A stretch of DNA of 64,000 nucleotides, from NCBI RefSeq assembly GCF_964355755.1, contig NC_092670.1, forward strand, positions 37,374,388 to 37,438,387, read 5' to 3'. Every line of letters starts with the position of its first letter. The stretch's first letter is position 1. The position numbers were made by a program, and so were the translations under genes. This document shows positions 1 through 13,459 of the stretch, piece after piece. The DNA is from Antedon mediterranea (Eukaryota; Animalia; Echinodermata). The notes under the pieces are model-generated. The model was not told where the DNA came from, made no database searches, and worked only from the letters and a program-made list of their open reading frames with translations.

Positions 1-125
1 TGACCAATCACAAGCGATGGCTTATTCGCTTGTGATTGCAAACTGTCTATAACTTCGCTTGTCATTGGTTAAAACGCTTGCGTTGCGTTTACGTCCTTGC
101 GTTACGTTCTAGTGGGAACCAAGCT
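1..125. mobile_element. Palindromic MITE family A (TIR AGCTTGGTTCCCACTAG), partial copy
   Basis: Ends CTAGTGGGAACCAAGCT|TTA; reverse complement matches the copy at 5702-5880. Confidence 0.8.
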
Positions 126-202
126 TTAATGATGTACACGTAACAACCAATCGTGTGATAGTGTACAGCTGCGCTTGTATGCAAACGTACAAAACTTTCT
201 TA

Positions 203-417
203 AGCGTGGTTCCCACTAGAACGCAACGCACCGACGTACGTACGTATAGACCCAAAGTGCTGTGTTGCGTAATCACAAGTGGAAACCGACGACGCAATAG
301 TGCTGCAAACATCGTAAGTTTGATTTCACGCAGGCGGGGGCAAACACACTGATTGGAAGAGCATTGTCTTACGTTGCGTAGCCTGCGTTACGTTGCGTCA
401 CTAGTGGGAACCAAGCT
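203..417. mobile_element. MITE family A, PIF/Harbinger (Tourist)-like
   Basis: TTA|AGCGTGGTTCCCACTAG ... CTAGTGGGAACCAAGCT|TTA: TIRs with 3-bp TTA flanks. Confidence 0.8.
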
Positions 418-832
418 TTAATTGTTAACATAAAATGCAATCAACAGTAATCATGGATTATATTATTATTAGATTATAATTCAATATGTATTATTACTAC
501 AATGTTCAAAGTAGAAAATGATGATTCCTTTAAATAGGCAAAACCACACACAATGTAATTCTTAAAATTGGATGGCATTCGACAAAATGAGCTACGTTTC
601 TTCAAGGTCTTTGGTGCATAACGTTCAAATATAAAATATTTAGGTCTGTGTGGTCCAAACATGGATGGATTCTATATACCACCATACATGGTCCAAATAT
701 TTTTAATACAGTACTGTTTCAGTACAGTTTTCCCATTTATTTATTCAATTTGACATAATAATAATTGTATTAAACTAATCTTACCAACACCTTAAATAAA
801 CTGGTATTTTCACGTATCATTTTGATAAAATC

Positions 833-3772
833 TTACTTCTTTTTCTTTTTCTTGATGTGTGATCTGATGTTAGTTTTCTGTACTTCACTATAATTCAACA
901 TAGAGAGCATTGTTTTCAAGTTATTGTCCGGTTCTTTGTCCGTTAAAAAGTAATATACAGCACTTTTTAAAAGCTCTACTCTGGCTTCAGAATCGCTTTC
1001 TAATGGAATAGCTCCCTCGTAAACCTCCAACCGTTTGGTCTCTCTAACCTTTGCCAACTCCATTTCGGTCTTTTCCAGTTTCTTCAGCAGCTGCTTTATG
1101 TTGGCACTCTTGGGATCTGCTTGTGCACCAGCTACTAATTCCTCATCATGTTCTATTGTCATTGCTGCCATACCTTTTTGATACATCTCCAGATATCTCT
1201 CCTGGTGAACTCCCTCACGTTCTTCGTACTCTTGTTCCATGTTGACTATCACTTTCTCTAGACGATTGATTTTCTCCTCTCGTTTACTTAATGTTCTCTC
1301 GGTTTCTTCTAATTTCTGCCGAACTTCTGCAGTTTCTTCTTGAGATTTCTATAATGAAAAATTGATATTATTTTTTAAAAATGCAAATATTATCTTTTTA
1401 TGATAGATTACCATAATGTGGACTTAAATTAGTAAAATAAAAAGGAATAGAAGGAGTCACTCACGACATTTATGAATGTCTTACCAACAATCACGTGGTA
1501 GAGACATGTTCTCAAGAACTGAAGAATTGTAATAATAGTATGATTTACAGAAGTTCATTTATGAATATATCATAAAGATAACATCCAAATCATTTGAAAA
1601 ATATGTTATCATAAAGGTTCTTACATACGGTAGTTTAATTATGTATATATGTCATAAAATTATGCAAATTTATAAATAAAACAACAGATGTTGTAAATGT
1701 AAATAAATCGATACTGATAATACATATAGTCAACTGGTATCAAATTGCAGGTGTACACTAAAAATATGACTTTATTTCATATTGTGAAATTGTTTTATTG
1801 TCATCATTATCAGGTTTATGTTTTTACTAATCACTATGCACATTTGTTATTATTATTAAGTTATTTTTGTCAGGATTTTAATTTTTTTAAGACCATGTTT
1901 AAATGTTAATATTAAGAATTTCTTTTGGATATGACACAATAAACATTACCATTCTGATTTTCTTACTCCATTACCATTCTGATTTTCTTACTGATCATTT
2001 AAAAAAAAAAGTTAAACATGATTATCTGACCTTTAAAGTTTGTTCGACAACTTGCTTTTCTTCGGTCTTCTTAGCCTCCATTGCTTTGACGCTATCAATT
2101 TTCTGCTGCTCAAAACTTTCTATCAGCAAGTCTTTTTCTTCTATCACACCTTCCAACGACGCTACGTAATGATGTAAATCTTTTACTTGTTTGTCTCTTT
2201 GTTGCAGTGGTGTTAGGTACTTTTCACCCGGCCCACCATAAGGATTTGGCTCAACCTTAGTGTGGGTCTTCTCACCTCCTGCCATGCTGGCCTTACTCGT
2301 TGCTCTTCTCATAGGAGGAGGGGAAGGGTCGTGTGGCATTGGTTTAACACCAAACAGTTTGTTAGATTTTGCGAAGTCTTTCCTAGCATCCAATGTCTTT
2401 TTGGCTTTTACTTGAGAAATCGCTTTCTTTGCCTCCCAGAACTGCCCTGGTTTAAAGTCGCTTTGGGAGTCTGGTATAGGATCTGCTGCAGTTAAGACTG
2501 CTTTATTTGAATTAAGCCTCTCTGACTCGTCCCCACTACCACTCGTCCTTTGAGTAGATACTGGCCGTTTCTTTGGAGTAGTTGTTTTAACTTTAGCAAG
2601 TCTCGTAAGCTTATTTTCAGGAGGAGGTTTTGGTGTTGAACGTAGTAATGACGATTTGTTGGATCTCGGTGCCCGTTGATGACCACTATTGGTTTTGGTT
2701 ACTTTCTGTTCTTTTACCTTTTCTGGAACACCTATAAAATAAAAGAAACGTACGTATAACAATTACAAAGAAGGAGGTAAAGACTGTTTGAGCTCTCTGT
2801 CTACAGTATCAAACAAGTGTGACAAAAAAGTGCGATGTGCCCAAATATGGTAGATATTCCCAAATATGGTAGTGATATGACATCATCATGTCCATATATG
2901 GGAACATCACATTTTGTTGTCACATAAAGTTTGATAGTGTAAACAAGGCTTTGCCATATCTTGAACTTATCATGGCTGTCACTTTATTACAGATTATAGT
3001 GATGTTGAAGCAAGTTCGAAATAAAGATGAAGAATTGGAATCATACACCATAGATATCACAAGAGTCCAGTAGTGAATAAGGTAGATTGTTAATCTCAAA
3101 GTTTCAGAATGTAAGGATCATACCATTCATCAGTCTGTAAGTTTTATCTTCACTCTCTGTGGACATCTGTGACTTACTGTCTTCACTAGTTTCAGATGGA
3201 TTGGTTACGATAGACAAACTGTCAACAGATGAATCAATTGCTGGTGCCTTTTCAGCGTTATTTATCGTCTCGTCTGTCGTAGTCTTGACTGGCGACTGTG
3301 GTACCTCTGGTGGAGGAGATACTGGTGACGGCGGAGTAGCAAGAATTGGTGATTTCGGAGTTTCGTCATTCACCAGAATATCACTGGGTTTGATATCACC
3401 AGACGCGACAGCGGTGTTATTTGGAACTGGTGAGCAACTAACGACCTCACCTTCTATGACTTCGGTATCCTCAAATACTTTCGGCTCAACGTCTGTGTCG
3501 GACGTCTTTTCCACTGGTATGTCATCGTCATTTAGAATGTCACTTGAGGTTGGTAGTTCTGCAACCTCCATTAAATCGTCGATGTTAGTCGTCACACCAC
3601 CGTCTCCCTCTCCACGTGGCGATGAAGGTTCAATGGAATCGTTGTCAATATTAGTAGTATCTTCGTCGCATTTGTTCATACAGTTCTCAGTATTAGAGTT
3701 TTGATCAGATAGAGATGCAGACACTTTGGTTAAATCCATCAAATTGGCTCCTTCTAATGCCTCCAGAGCCAT
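833..3772 (-). CDS. Coiled-coil protein with C-terminal GRIP-like domain (quick-to-court-like), ~621 aa
   Basis: Exons 3772-3124, 2731-2031, 1348-833, GT-AG introns, phases consistent. Acidic/Pro-rich N-terminus, coiled coil, then ELLKSAVYYFLTDKE...MLSMLNYSEVQK resembling GRIP. Confidence 0.75.
2791..2950. mobile_element. MITE family B (TIR AGCTCTGTCTACACTATCAAAC)
   Basis: TIR plus internal CCCAAATATGGTAGTGATATG repeats shared with more than 15 copies in the window. Confidence 0.8.
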
Positions 3773-5701
3773 TGTTCTAAACTACGGGTCGACTAACCTT
3801 GTTATCTTCTTGTTTGCTCAGTGCGTAAAAGTTGATAACATCACTATCAATCTAAATGTTTAAAAAGAGTTCATTAACCTATTAGTATCACAGTATGAAT
3901 ATTTCACAACGGATACAACACAACGATGTACGCGCAATATTGACCAATCATAAACCGCAATTTGGTTTAACCGTCGTTTCTAATTGGCTAAATTACTTGC
4001 GTTTCGCGTACGCCAATTTGGGTGCGAATTAAATAGGAACGAAGTATCAACTCAGGTGTCATATTGTTATATGTTTCATTTGAATATTAGCCAATTCAAT
4101 AGAGTAGCGAACTAGGGTAGATATTTTTCTAAATGCCGGTTCTGGAGAGGCCTACTAATTATTGGGACCAAATTGGGAGAAGGCTGATTGGAGCGGATTC
4201 TATGCGTGTACAGGTATACAACAAGTTTCTATATTTTCCCATTCGTAATGGAGTTGTAATTAGGTATTCATTCATCATCATTCAGTTATACATAGAGCGC
4301 CAAACAGGATACTGCGCCTGCTTCCTGTAGGTGGCGAGAAATGGCTCCGTTGCCATATGGATAGCAATTAGCCTATACTATCCAAATAGTCCGAATCATT
4401 AATTGTATTAGTATTAGATAGATATTTAAACTAATTTCTTTATGAATCATGCTTTTAACATTATATTATAAACATAAAGCACACTTATTACTGACATGAA
4501 TAATACTTGTTGTTCTAAATCAAATACCGGGTGTATTTATTATGCCTATACACATTTTGCGAGTCATATTTGTTATTGTCCGTGGCGCAAAGTGCACATC
4601 ATGCGTTTACTCATTGCAATTCTATTCATTTCACAATTGTTATTACTACGCATATCGAATGGAATTACATCATAAATCATATGTACGATTATTATTAACA
4701 TTACACCAAGATAATGAATGTAATTGTTGTATATAATAAAGTTAGAAATTATATATTTAGGCCTAATTGATGCCTCGTATGTTTTACGCATACAGTCGTT
4801 TGAGATTACAAAGTCCAATCGGATCATTTAACAGCTTTTATATATAAAATCATTATCACAATTAATACGCGCAACAGGTGTTTGATTGGTAACTTTCTCT
4901 CATAACCATTCTAACGTCTATTGTTTAAAAATCCAGCATTTAAACTCATTTAATATGTATATAAATCTATAACAAAAGTTTTACTAGCTAACTTAGTATC
5001 AACTCACCTCGTAAAAGTGTATATAGAAATAACTGCAGTGATTCGGTGTCGTATTGGTAGAAAGTATGAAATACGATAAGTTTGTATGGAGTGGAGTTGT
5101 TTGCTTAGCGGGTGCAACAACACAACTATAGAAGATTATCTGTCTACCGTTCATCTTCTGGACCCCAGCTGTATGAGTTTCGTGGCGAATAAATCGATAT
5201 GGATGCATCCATTATTAATCATAGGGGAATTTTAAATATCTATAACTCGATAAACAATGTAAAAACCGACATCCAATCAAATCAATGACATTTGGATATG
5301 GTAGACAATTAGATGATTACACGTGTATAGTATAGTATAGTAGGCCTACGTGATGAATGGATTTGTTTTATACAGTAGTAAGAGAAAATAGTACAGTTTC
5401 GTGACATTTAAATTATATCCTACAAACGTTATTGTGATGCAATGGCTATTTTTATTTATTGTTTATAAATTTATTTATTAGTTGTAACTTCTTGTGATAT
5501 TGGTTTATTGTAGTCTTTTGTTATTGTTTTTTTTAGTAGGAATGTACATCCCAATTTTTTTTTTCTTTGGACGCACCTTCAGTGCCACTGATAAAAAAAA
5601 AAGGTGCAGTACAATGCCAATAAATTATACCCATCACAATATACAATAAAGGCATACTTGTTACCTTATCTACGTTTTATGGGAGGTAATGTGCTTACTT
5701 A

Positions 5702-5880
5702 AGCTTGGTTCCCACTAGAACGTAACGCAAGGACGTAAACGCAACGCAAGCGTTTTAACCAATGACAAGCGAAGTTATAGACAGTTAGCAATCACAAGCG
5801 AATAAGCCATCGCTTGTGATTGGTCAATTCACTTGCGTTGCGTTACGTCCTTGCGTTGCGTCGCTAGTGGGAACCACGCT
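5702..5880. mobile_element. MITE family A, full copy
   Basis: Long inverted arms, TTA on both flanks. Confidence 0.85.
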
Positions 5881-6491
5881 TTACTAACGTACGATACCAC
5901 ACATCGTAATAATAAATCCAATATTATATCGGTAACATTAATAATATCCTGTTTAATATTCAAATTACTGTATGCATAAAATGAATGGGACCGTTTAGCA
6001 GCTGGGGCTTACTGAATTTATTTGCATAAATTAAATTTATTTCAAAATTAAATGTCTGTCATGTTTTTGTATTATTATTATTATTTATTGGACGACAGTT
6101 AAAAATTGACTACAATGTAATATCTGTATTACTGGAAGAAAATATTTTTATTCCATAAATTTGTAATCATGAAACAAGTTTTTGTATATTTTTATACTGT
6201 ATACTTTTTTTGCTTTTATTATTGGCAATATGTGTCTGCATTTTGTCTAGGATCATAAATAAATTAATCATTAGTAACCCAAGTTGTTTGACGCCATAGT
6301 ATATACTCTAATAAGTATTAGTAGCCCAAGATGACGCCATATTGCATGCACTGATATTTTATGTACAGCATTAAAGTAGGCTGGCTTCATAATATGAGAA
6401 TGCTCTCTTCTTATATCTAGGCTACGACGTAGCTAAAATTTAATAAGCACCATCACAAATTATTCAGTCACTTATATGCTATATCAGCGTG

Positions 6492-7233
6492 TCATTTATA
6501 CAGTTTTAGGCCCTTAAAATATGGCTTAATCTCATCTCTTGGGTAAGGTTTCACAGCTAGGCACGTCGCATAATTTTCTGGTTGTTCTATCCATAATTTA
6601 TAGTGAATATTCTTCGAAGACAGCTTCTCTGATATTGTTCGTAGTTCGGTTTCATCTTTTGCCTAATAATTGAAAAAGAAAGGTAAATATACAATCTGTG
6701 CGACGTTTAAATTATTGTTTTACTGCATCAACATTTTTGATATTAAAGTTTGTTCTATAAATCAATATTACGCAATACAGCCATGATGATTAGGAATAGC
6801 ATTTTTACTAAGAATTGACAATTTTCTATGTACAACATTGAGTGTTTTACCTCGAGAACAACTTTATGCATATTATCTAAGTCTGATAAATACTGTGTCA
6901 CGTTTGAGTCTCCATTAAATTGGTGTATAACAGCAGTACATGCATGACAGGCCTAAATTGAAGAAATTATCAACATTTCATTTAAAAAAAAGACATCTTC
7001 TAGCTAGGCCCACAGGAGATAGGCCCAGGAATGACTATTTGGGGCACAAGCTCTTTTTAGCCGCTTGCTTCTGAGTGATAGACGTGACTTTTCGGGCTGG
7101 ACGACCGAATGTGCTTCCAAAATACCTTGTAAATTAATCAATTTCATACCTGAGCTATAACTGCACCAGTTGGCCATTTTAGATTTCTTAGGAGATCGCT
7201 ACGTACAACAACATATTGCACTAACGATGCCAT
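6492..7233 (-). CDS. PTRHD1: Putative peptidyl-tRNA hydrolase PTRHD1, 118 aa
   Basis: Not in the ORF track. Exons 7233-7150 (MASLVQYVVVRSDLLRNLKWPTGAVIAQ), 6952-6851 (ACHACTA...MHKVVLE), 6662-6492 (AKDETEL...LWIEQPENYATCLAVKPYP...KLYK*), all phase 0, GT-AG. Confidence 0.93.
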
Positions 7234-7450
7234 TATTGTTATGAATTAGTAAATAAACATAAGTAGGCCTATGCCGCCTGAAGGCCCAACAAATAATTAT
7301 GTGTCTTTTTCGTTTCTCTCCAAAAATCAACAGTATGTAGCGCCCTCAATTTACAAATGTAAAAAGCGCTAAAAACAAACAAAAGTACGTGAAAGGTTTG
7401 TGCATGGAGGTGGTACGTATGGTTTGTGTTATAAAATACAAATTGTGAGT
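7234..7450. promoter_or_regulatory. Probable bidirectional promoter PTRHD1/CENPO
   Basis: Lies between the PTRHD1 ATG (7233, -) and a plus-strand donor GTGAGT at 7445 upstream of CENPO. Confidence 0.55.
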
Positions 7451-7817
7451 ATTAACAAATGTATGTAAATATAGATCTTGTTATTATAGTGATTAATACA
7501 TTAGAACTGCTTAAAAAATCTGGGTAATATTTGTCGATGAGGTATATTTTAGACATGGAATCAATTATCCAGGCTTGGACTGTATACTAAATTGAAAGGA
7601 GAGTAAGCTAGCTAGGCGGCGGCCTCGATCGTATACTAGTAGTACTAGCGCGCCAGGTAGTAGTCGTTTCATCCCACAGGAGCGGTCATTATAATCTACG
7701 CCCTGTAACTGTATCGCCCGGCAGAGTTGTATGATATAAAATTATATTAACTACATGTTATTAACATGATAAATTTAACTTATATATATTTTCTTTCCAG
7801 AAAGAAGTTAATTTAAC

Positions 7818-7849
7818 CATGGAGCTATACAATTTTTTATATCTCCATG
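7818..7849. mobile_element. 32-bp CAT...ATG palindromic micro-element (P-like ends)
   Basis: CATGGAG...CTCCATG flanked by ATTTAAC/ATTAAAC. Confidence 0.5.
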
Positions 7850-8229
7850 ATTAAACATTTCATTCATTGGCGTTGAAAATCGCTTTTAACACACAGAGAG
7901 CGGTCTTCAGTTTCGGAATAAACCTAATCAGTATTTTTTCACATTAAAAATGTATAAAACATACAATTATACTGTATATCACAATAACATTATATAATGT
8001 TAGCATATACTTGATTGAGAATAATAAATATATATTTATAAGATAATTCTTTATCTACCAATGAATAATTACTTAAGTAAAGTTTAATCATCAATTTCAG
8101 TAACAACAGACCGTTTTCATCAAAGTATTTATAGTAAACATCCAGACTTTCACTAAATAATAAAGTGGAGTGAAGGGAGTGAGAGAAAGACTCTATTTAA
8201 TTGGCCATAGACTGGATGAATATACAAAT

Positions 8230-11200
8230 ATGGAGAAATTTAGATACCATTCAGGTATGTAAATAATTATTTTACTTCATCAACTACCATAATATAATAA
8301 TATAATAATAATATCAATTTCTACTACTTTACATGCAAATTGATTGAATTGTGAATGGGTGTGAGATGATAATTTTAATAGCAAGGCATAGTATTAGTAC
8401 TGTGTTTCTTTATCTTAACTGTTTAAAAATTAATCAAATTCCAGTATATATAATATCTCTTTCATTCTACAGTTCTATAAATTTTTTCTTTTGGGATTTA
8501 TTTATTTATAAAACTTTAAACATAACAACATATACCTCATGCATTTCTATAATTAAAAAACTATTCAAAACTTTCTATTTAAAAGTCAGGTCTCGGGTCC
8601 ATCCTATAGTCGTCGCCACAGATTGACTTCTTCATCAGTACTATGATTACAGTAGTTGGGAAAATTAACGCTACAGTGGTTTATCATACCCAGTACTGTT
8701 TTGATCATGCGATCATTCTGGAAAACATCTCACACTGTTGAATAAAACTTGTATTCAATGCTTGTAGGTCCACTGCATGATCTTCAGCGACTAGAAGAGG
8801 CTGAGGATTCAAATGGTACTAGTAGTTCTAAGATGCAGCAACTAAAAAAACTGGAAAATGAGATCCAGAGTCTATCTAGCAGACGACATCAGTTGAAATG
8901 GAGACTAGAAATGGCATATGAAAAGGTAATGTCTGCTAGAAAATAAAACTGTACTGTACTAGTAGCGCTGTCTACACTATCAAACTAGTTTAACAAAAAA
9001 AGTGTCCCAAATATGGTAGTGATATGACATCATCGTGTCCATAAATGGGCACATCACAAAGTTTGCCAGTAGTGTTAAAAATCAATACCAAACCATAGGG
9101 TTTTATACACTTTTTTTCAAATGCATTTAAACATAGTATTAGAAAATCTATGGATTCACCTTCTGCTGTATAATAACTATACAGTATGCCAACTGGGGTG
9201 GGATACTGTTATATTAAATATTTTATCAAACACTGTACATTCCTTTATCAAACACTGTACATTCCTTTACCAAACACTGTACATTCCTTTACCAAACACT
9301 GTACATTCCTTTATCAAACACTGTACATTCCTAAAGCTCTGTCTACACTATCAAACTTTATGTGACAAAATTAATGTGATGTACCCATAGACATGATGAT
9401 GTCATAGCCCTACCATATTTAAGCATATCACTACCATATTTGGGTACATCACACTTTTTTTTCACATAAAGTTTGATAGTGTAGAAAGAACTTAAAGATG
9501 TATTGTCCCTTTGACTAATTCCAAAAAAATAAAAGATTTAGAAAAAAAGTGGGTCATTTTGAAGTACAGTATCATAATAGTTATTAACTTTCACCAAAAA
9601 TTAGTTGAAAAAAAAATCATTTAACTGAAATACAGATGTGTTTTTTGTTCAAAAAATAACTTTGACTTCCAGTCAAAGTTTTTGATCAAAACATATCTCA
9701 TAATGCAATGCGCTTGTTTGGCTACTCTGTATGCATAATCATAAAACTTCCTCGCGATCTATGTGAAAACACCTTCTCAACCGTGACAAGTTGTAAACAA
9801 TCCTTAGCATATCATGCATAACGCATACTCATGGTTTGAAATCTTTGTTTACTTTCGCTCGCGATTTTCCAGACGAATGTAATAAAACTAATTTACCTGT
9901 TAATTACGTAAACTTGCTGTATTTTGCTCGAATTTTCGACTTACAGTGAATAACTTTAATATTACTTTGATATGACCAATTTAAATTTAGAATATTTTGA
10001 TCTTCATTTTTTGTGTGTCAAGGGACAATACATCTTTAATAAACTCTTGTGCTGTCTTTATTTACCTTCCTGCCGTGATTTTTTATTTTTAGATAATACA
10101 CAAATTGTTGACTGGAGACAAAAATGAGAATATGTCGGATCTAGCATCATCAGATGTTTACCAAGTGTCCTGCGATGCAGTCAGCAATGCTAGGAACCAA
10201 AAACTACAACAAATTCATAATTTATATAGGCTTACAGGTATGCATATTTCAATACTATTTTTAGTTCATTCATTCATTTTATTTAGTTAAAATCATTGTC
10301 AACATGTATACAAAACAACAAGGAAAAAAATGGTTAAAATGGTATAAAACTGAAATTAAACAATATTAATTTACATCTGTAACCACATTGATGATAATAC
10401 CATTACCCTGTGTTATGACTTTTTCATATTGTGAACAACAAATTACAAATTAGCCAGGAATACAATCTGAAACAATGTTATAGAAATATTCTAACTGCTT
10501 TGATTAATATTTGATATTTTACCTTAAATTTTCCCTAAAAGCTACTACAATTTCCGATAATACTTTATGTAATAAAATATATTTTAACACTGTATCAATG
10601 TTCAGTAAAAGCTATGATTGAGAATTTAGTGTTTTTAAACCTAATTTATTACTTTCTATTTTAATTCTTTAAGGAATATCAATAAAAGAGATCAAAAGGA
10701 ATGTTGTGCGGTTGACCTTTGACACTTTCAGTAATGGTCAATTTTTTGAGTCTTACTATATTGAGGTCAAAGGATATAATGAGCTCTCCGTGGGAAATCA
10801 CTCTCTACCACATTTCATACCGGTGATCAAAATCGCAGAACAACATTTGGCTGATGGTCTACGTACGTTTGCGCAGACTGTAATGAACATGTTGAGGGCG
10901 TTTGTTTGTCGTCGACAGTTTGTTAAAAACCTGCAGGTAATAATAAGGTCAAGGCGCATTTGAATACTTATTTATAATTGTTGGTGCAGCAAGCAAACAT
11001 TTTTACATTTATAAGCTCAGGGTGCTTTTGAATACTTATAATTTTTTATGCATCTATCCAACTTTTTATGTAACTTTGGCCTATGACACAATAACATGGT
11101 GATAATGCAATATATGTATAAATAGAGTAGCAATATTAACACACATAATACTGTACTTGTGTTTTACTCAGTGATTTTAGAAACCACTATAATTATATAC

Positions 11201-12305
11201 CTTCTTTATCAGCAAAGTACTTCTATGAATGAATGAGCAGAAATGCTATCTGATCATACCCAGTACCATCCTGATTTCACGATCAGGAAAATACCTCACG
11301 TTTTTATTAATCTTTTTCAGACCCATTTGTCAGATTATTTAGTGAATGAGATCAGCTCGAGCAACTCGTATGATTTCTGCTGTTTGTCATTGACAGACTT
11401 TCCAGGCCTAGAAATACAGATGATGTCTTCCCTTGATAAAAGCCACCCGAGTCATATCAAAGTGATTAAGCTGCACAGTAAGTATTATTGTTGCTTGTAT
11501 ATAGTTTTTTGTTTTAATTTAGTTAAAGTTTATTTGTTTTATAGTTTTATGATTTAGTTTATTTTTCAATATGTTCTATTTTGTGAGTGTCACTGATTCA
11601 AAGGTACATGGTCAATAAATAAATAAGCTTAGTGCTTTGGAAGCTAGGCTAGCTAGGTTCAAATCTTTTTTTTTTTTTTTTTATTCAGTATACATATGCA
11701 AAAGAAAAACAAAACCGACACAGCGGTGACATGAGGCAAAACAAAATAAATAAAAAGGTTCAAATCAAATCAAATCAAATGTTTTTATGACATAATAAAG
11801 ACTTGTGAAGCATGCGTGTAGACTGAGCATCTAAAATTTCACCCTTGAAAAATAAGTTTTTTATTAAACTTTCTTGGGTTATCCTCAGTTCATTCAGTTA
11901 ATATTTATTTTTTTTCTTGTACTTTTTTTTTATTTGTGTCTGTTGTTTGCAGCATCCTCTATCATAGTTTTCAAAACACTCTTAAAAACCCATCTTTTTT
12001 CTTTGTAATTTCTTTTCTGTTTTTTCTCTCAGCGATTTGGGACAATCTTTTGATCTCTTGATAAATCGAACAACATTACATTCATAAAATTGAATGAAAT
12101 GTACTTTTTATTCCATCTATAAATCTTTTAAAACTTTATACAGGAGACAGTTTTATCCTGCATTTACAAAGTCATTATACATTTAATCTTTTCAGAACGG
12201 TCTCGTGTTATTTCTGAATTGGAACAAGAAAGATTATCAAGAATTACTAAGTCATTACTTGTTGCACAAATGCCAGAAGTTAATCTGTTATTGCAAAATA
12301 ATTGA
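8230..12305 (+). CDS. CENPO: Centromere protein O
   Basis: Exons 8230-8254, 8768-8925, 10093-10237, 10674-10936, 11321-11477, 12196-12305, in phase. Motifs GPLHDLQRLE, YRLTGIS, FDTFSNGQFFESYYIE, HSLPHFIPV, AFVCRRQ match CENP-O. Confidence 0.88.
8964..9070. mobile_element. MITE family B, degenerate
   Basis: GCTGTCTACACTATCAAACTAG and internal motifs. Confidence 0.7.
9222..9332. repeat. 22-bp minisatellite, ~5 copies
   Basis: (TTATCAAACACTGTACATTCCT)n. Confidence 0.9.
9335..9492. mobile_element. MITE family B
   Basis: Both TIRs, TAA flanks. Confidence 0.85.
9496..10035. mobile_element. Kolobok-like non-autonomous transposon (family C)
   Basis: TTAA|AGATGTATTGTCCC ... GGGACAATACATCT|TTAA. 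Confidence 0.8.
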
Positions 12306-12664
12306 TTATTAATGGATGAGTTCAATAATGCAATTTCAAAAAATGTTATTATTAATTTTTGTAAGCATAAAAATGTTGAATATTTACAAATAATAAAATT
12401 CTCTCGGTACAAATGCAATTATAGCACTGTTTCATTTTGTTTATACAGACGTATAACTTTTTCGTACGCCATTACTAGTATTCCTACTATCAACATATGC
12501 AGCTGATTCTCTATATAGTACAGAGATTTTACTATAGTACTTTAGTATAGTAAAAAATAGCCAAAACACCAAGTTTTTTTAATTCAATTATATTGCTTTG
12601 AATCATCTTATAGAGCCATAGTAACTAGTTTTGTTGAAAAATAAAAGGGTTGAAAAAAATCTCT

Positions 12665-13220
12665 GTACTATTCTTAGAACAACTTGGAACTTACTCGAAA
12701 CTACTGAGTACTACTTGGAACTATTCGGAAATACTCGGCACTACTCTGGAACTACTTGGGGTTACTCGGAACTACTCGGGATTACTCGGAACTAAACGTC
12801 ACTACTCGGAACTACTCAACAGTACTCAGAACTGCTCGGCACTTCTCGGAACTACTCGAAACTACTCAGAACTAATCGTCACTACTCTGATCTACTCTGA
12901 ATTTCTCGAAACTACTCGTCACCACTCATCCCTACTTGAAACTACTCGAAACCACTCGGAACTACTCGGACCTACTCGAAACTACTAGGAAGTACTCGGA
13001 ACTTATCGGAACTACTCGGAACTGCTCGGCACTACTCGGAACTACTTGAAACTACTCGGAACTACTTGTCAGTATTCGGATCTACTCAGATCTACTCGGA
13101 ACTACTCAGAAATGCTCGGAACTTCACGTCACTACTCGGAACTACTCGGAACTGCTCGGTACTACTCGGCACTTATCGGATCTACTCGGAACTACTCGTC
13201 ACTTCTCGAAACTACTCTTA
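12665..13220. repeat. 10-bp tandem array (GAACTACTCG)n
   Basis: Degenerate 10-mer array, paralogous to 18016-18740. Confidence 0.95.
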
Positions 13221-13459
13221 TAGTTTTTAAAATTCAATTATTATGCGATAATATGGCTATATATTGCTTTGTATCATCTTATAGAGCTAAAGTAACAAGT
13301 TTTGTCGAAAATAAAAGGGTTGAAATTTTGCAATTTTTTGAAAAAATCCCTATACTATAGTACAGGGATTTTTTCGAAAAATGCCTAAAATATCACCTTT
13401 TTAAAATTCAATTATTATGCGATAATTTGGCTATATATTATCTTATAGAGCCATAGTAA

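Noticed and set aside
3159-3704. 181-aa plus-strand ORF
   Set aside because: Antisense shadow of the minus-strand exon.
4999-5208. 69-aa minus-strand ORF ending at a GTGAGT donor
   Set aside because: More likely a non-coding 5' exon of the coiled-coil gene; no protein similarity seen.
8600-8645. Possible third hammerhead (CTGATGA on minus strand)
   Set aside because: No GAAA box after the stem.
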